Shown here: in pieces, positions 62,206 through 64,000 of the stretch
Position numbering within the stretch: position 1 is the first letter of the stretch
Layout of the letters: each line of letters starts with the position of its first letter
From: a virus
Taxonomy: Duplodnaviria > Caudoviricetes
Virus record (IMG/VR): IMGVR_UViG_3300010376_000005
Span: 1,971 to 65,970 of that record
DNA length: 64,000 bases
Direction: 5' to 3' (one strand)
Translations under genes and position numbers: made by a program
Notes under the pieces: model-generated
Told to the model about the DNA's origin: nothing
What the model saw: only the letters and a program-made list of their open reading frames with translations
The model's database searches: none

Positions 62206-62745
62206 CTATGCCTCCTCTTCACTCTTGCGAGAGTTGGGCCAGTAGATCCAGTAACAGCCACTGGGTTTACCCAGGAAGCGCTGGTAGAGCCGCATCTTGG
62301 CTTCGACGCGCGACGCGGAAAGCACGCCGATCGACAGCGGTATGCCGAGGCTGTCGGCGACATCCATGGAGAACTCGGCCAGACGCGCCGCACGGCCGCC
62401 GCGAGCCTGCCGGAACTGCGGGTGGACGAAGATGGCGCGCTCTTCGACGTGCGGATGCTGCGAGTACCAGATGCTGCCGATGCGCAGGAGGACGGCGCCT
62501 TCGAGCGGCTGGGATCCTGGCGCGCCGATGACGCCGACGATGCCCCTATCGAGGTTCAGCGCCGCCCACACGTCCTGCAGGACGAGGACCGGGTCGTGCG
62601 GCAGGAACTCGTTCTCGACGCAACCCATCAAGGCCAATTCCATCACCGCGTCGACCTCGGCCGGCGTCGCCACACGGACGTGCGGCGTCGGCTCGACCGC
62701 CTCGTCGGGGGGTTCGTGCACGACCATGTCGCTGGCGTCGTCCAC
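62206..62745 (-). CDS. GNAT-like protein of the ejection module
   Basis: VRVAT..ERAIFVHPQFRQARGGRA..L.EF. Confidence 0.6.
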   Translation of the reverse strand: MDDASDMVVHEPPDEAVEPTPHVRVATPAEVDAVMELALMGCVENEFLPHDPVLVLQDVWAALNLDRGIVGVIGAPGSQPLEGAVLLRIGSIWYSQHPHVEERAIFVHPQFRQARGGRAARLAEFSMDVADSLGIPLSIGVLSASRVEAKMRLYQRFLGKPSGCYWIYWPNSRKSEEEA

Positions 62746-62747
62746 GG

Positions 62748-64000
62748 TCAGTCCTTTGCCGGGCCGGGCAGGCCCTTGAGGGTTTTGATGTGCTTGGCGC
62801 GGCTGCGCTTGACGAACTCATCGAGCACGCGGCAGCCCAGGTCGGCGTCGCCGCCGCCGGCCGCCCGCACCTGCTCGGGCGAGAGGACGTACTCGCCGCC
62901 GGCCGCGACGATCGGCACGCCCCTGTCGCCATTGGCGGCGCGACCGCCTCGGGAATCGCCGCCCGTGGCGCGGCCAGGGCGCTCGAAGTCGGGGTCGTAC
63001 TGCTGGCTAACGCGCTCGTAGCTGCCGTCATCGAGCATCGCCTGCAGGCGGCTGAGGTGGGCGGTGGCTGTCGGCAGGTCCCGCTGGCCCATCGCCACGG
63101 CCGCCTCGCGGGCGGCGTGCTGGGCGTCGTTGTACACCGGCAGCTTGCGGTGCTCGGCGCTGTAGGCGTCGAGTTGGGGCAGCTGCGGGATCCGCGCGAT
63201 GCGCTCGCCGTCCACCCGGTTGGTGGTCAGCCCGAGCATGCGGCTGACCTTGGGCGCGACGAACTCGCGGCCAAAGCGCCCGCCATGCTCGGCCATGCGG
63301 TGGGTGAGGTCGCCGACGTGCTCCAGGCCCCAGCCAAGCGCGTTGGCCGAGGGATAGTCGGTCTTGGCGAGAGCCCACTGAGCCTTGAGCATGGCCCGCT
63401 CAGGCTTGTCCCGCTGGGCGTCGGCCAGGGCGTTGAACGCCGCCGTCTTGGCGTCGGTGGCGACCTGGCCCCCGTCGGCCCTGGCGATCCCGCCGCGCGA
63501 GTTCTGCAGCGGCTCGCCGTAGGGGCCTGAGCCCTGGCCATAGGGGCCGCCGGTCTGGCCGTACGGCGTGCCGCCGAACAGCCTTCGCATCGTCTTGAAG
63601 CCGGCGGTGGTGTTACCCTCGCCGAAGCTGCTGACCACGTCGGCGGGCAGCACGTACGACCCCGACGGCACATGCATCGGCAGGTGGTCGGTGCGGCCGG
63701 CGACGTGCGAGTGGATCGGGCCGACGTGCAGGTGGGGAACGTGGGGGCGGTGGGCGCCGTGCAGGTTGGAGTGGAAGAGCAGCGGGCCGCCCTCGGCGAA
63801 ACCGCCGTGAGCGAAACCTCCTAACGCTGGTGCTGCTTGCGCCGCCTCATCCACTCGGCCGCCCGCGAGGCCGCCGCCTTGGATTGCGCCGGGGTCATGA
63901 TCGGTTGCGGCGGGTCCGGGTGATCCGAGAGCATTTCGTGGATGGTCGGGTTGCGCTTGGGGTGACGGGGCGACTTCGTCGGCGTCGAGTGGGCGCCCGA
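62748..64000 (-). CDS. 3' part of a modular virion-associated protein; open to the right edge
   Basis: The frame of the 62748..63854 ORF stays open to 64000; HVGPIHS..AGRTDHLPMHVPSGSYVLPADVVS and VPIVAAGGEYVL. Confidence 0.8.
   Translation of the reverse strand, partial: GRPLDADEVAPSPQAQPDHPRNALGSPGPAATDHDPGAIQGGGLAGGRVDEAAQAAPALGGFAHGGFAEGGPLLFHSNLHGAHRPHVPHLHVGPIHSHVAGRTDHLPMHVPSGSYVLPADVVSSFGEGNTTAGFKTMRRLFGGTPYGQTGGPYGQGSGPYGEPLQNSRGGIARADGGQVATDAKTAAFNALADAQRDKPERAMLKAQWALAKTDYPSANALGWGLEHVGDLTHRMAEHGGRFGREFVAPKVSRMLGLTTNRVDGERIARIPQLPQLDAYSAEHRKLPVYNDAQHAAREAAVAMGQRDLPTATAHLSRLQAMLDDGSYERVSQQYDPDFERPGRATGGDSRGGRAANGDRGVPIVAAGGEYVLSPEQVRAAGGGDADLGCRVLDEFVKRSRAKHIKTLKGLPGPAKD

Overview
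The window is most or all of a high-GC temperate phage genome, probably a short-tailed (podovirus-like) phage of an alphaproteobacterial host; host and morphotype are inferences. No host chromosomal genes, rRNA, complete tRNA or CRISPR array were seen. Modules from left to right: minus-strand tail and head genes including the major capsid protein (1-12.6 kb); many small early/accessory genes grouped behind a repeated promoter element (12.7-30.6 kb); an iteron-rich putative origin (30.6-31.0 kb); terS, a serine recombinase, terL, portal, GroES-like and scaffold genes on the plus strand (31.4-41.6 kb); primase-helicase, RuvC-like resolvase and a cro/cI switch (43-46.8 kb); YqaJ recombination genes, xis, int and an intact attP matching a tRNA-Leu-like 3' end (47-52.3 kb); minus-strand virion ejection proteins (53-64 kb). 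Both edges cut ORFs that look like the two ends of one gene, suggesting a circular genome slightly longer than the window. The most unusual signals are: (i) virion-associated proteins built from modules (ParB-like, ADP-ribosyltransferase-like, lysozyme-like) separated by a recurring xAxGG motif, plus a C39-like protease candidate; (ii) a seven-copy ~100 bp promoter/stem-loop element heading small-gene cassettes; (iii) a nine-copy intergenic TTGAC-N7-G(T/A)AAG motif; (iv) A/T-rich synonymous patches inside conserved virion genes. All domain calls are by-eye motif recognition, not database searches.
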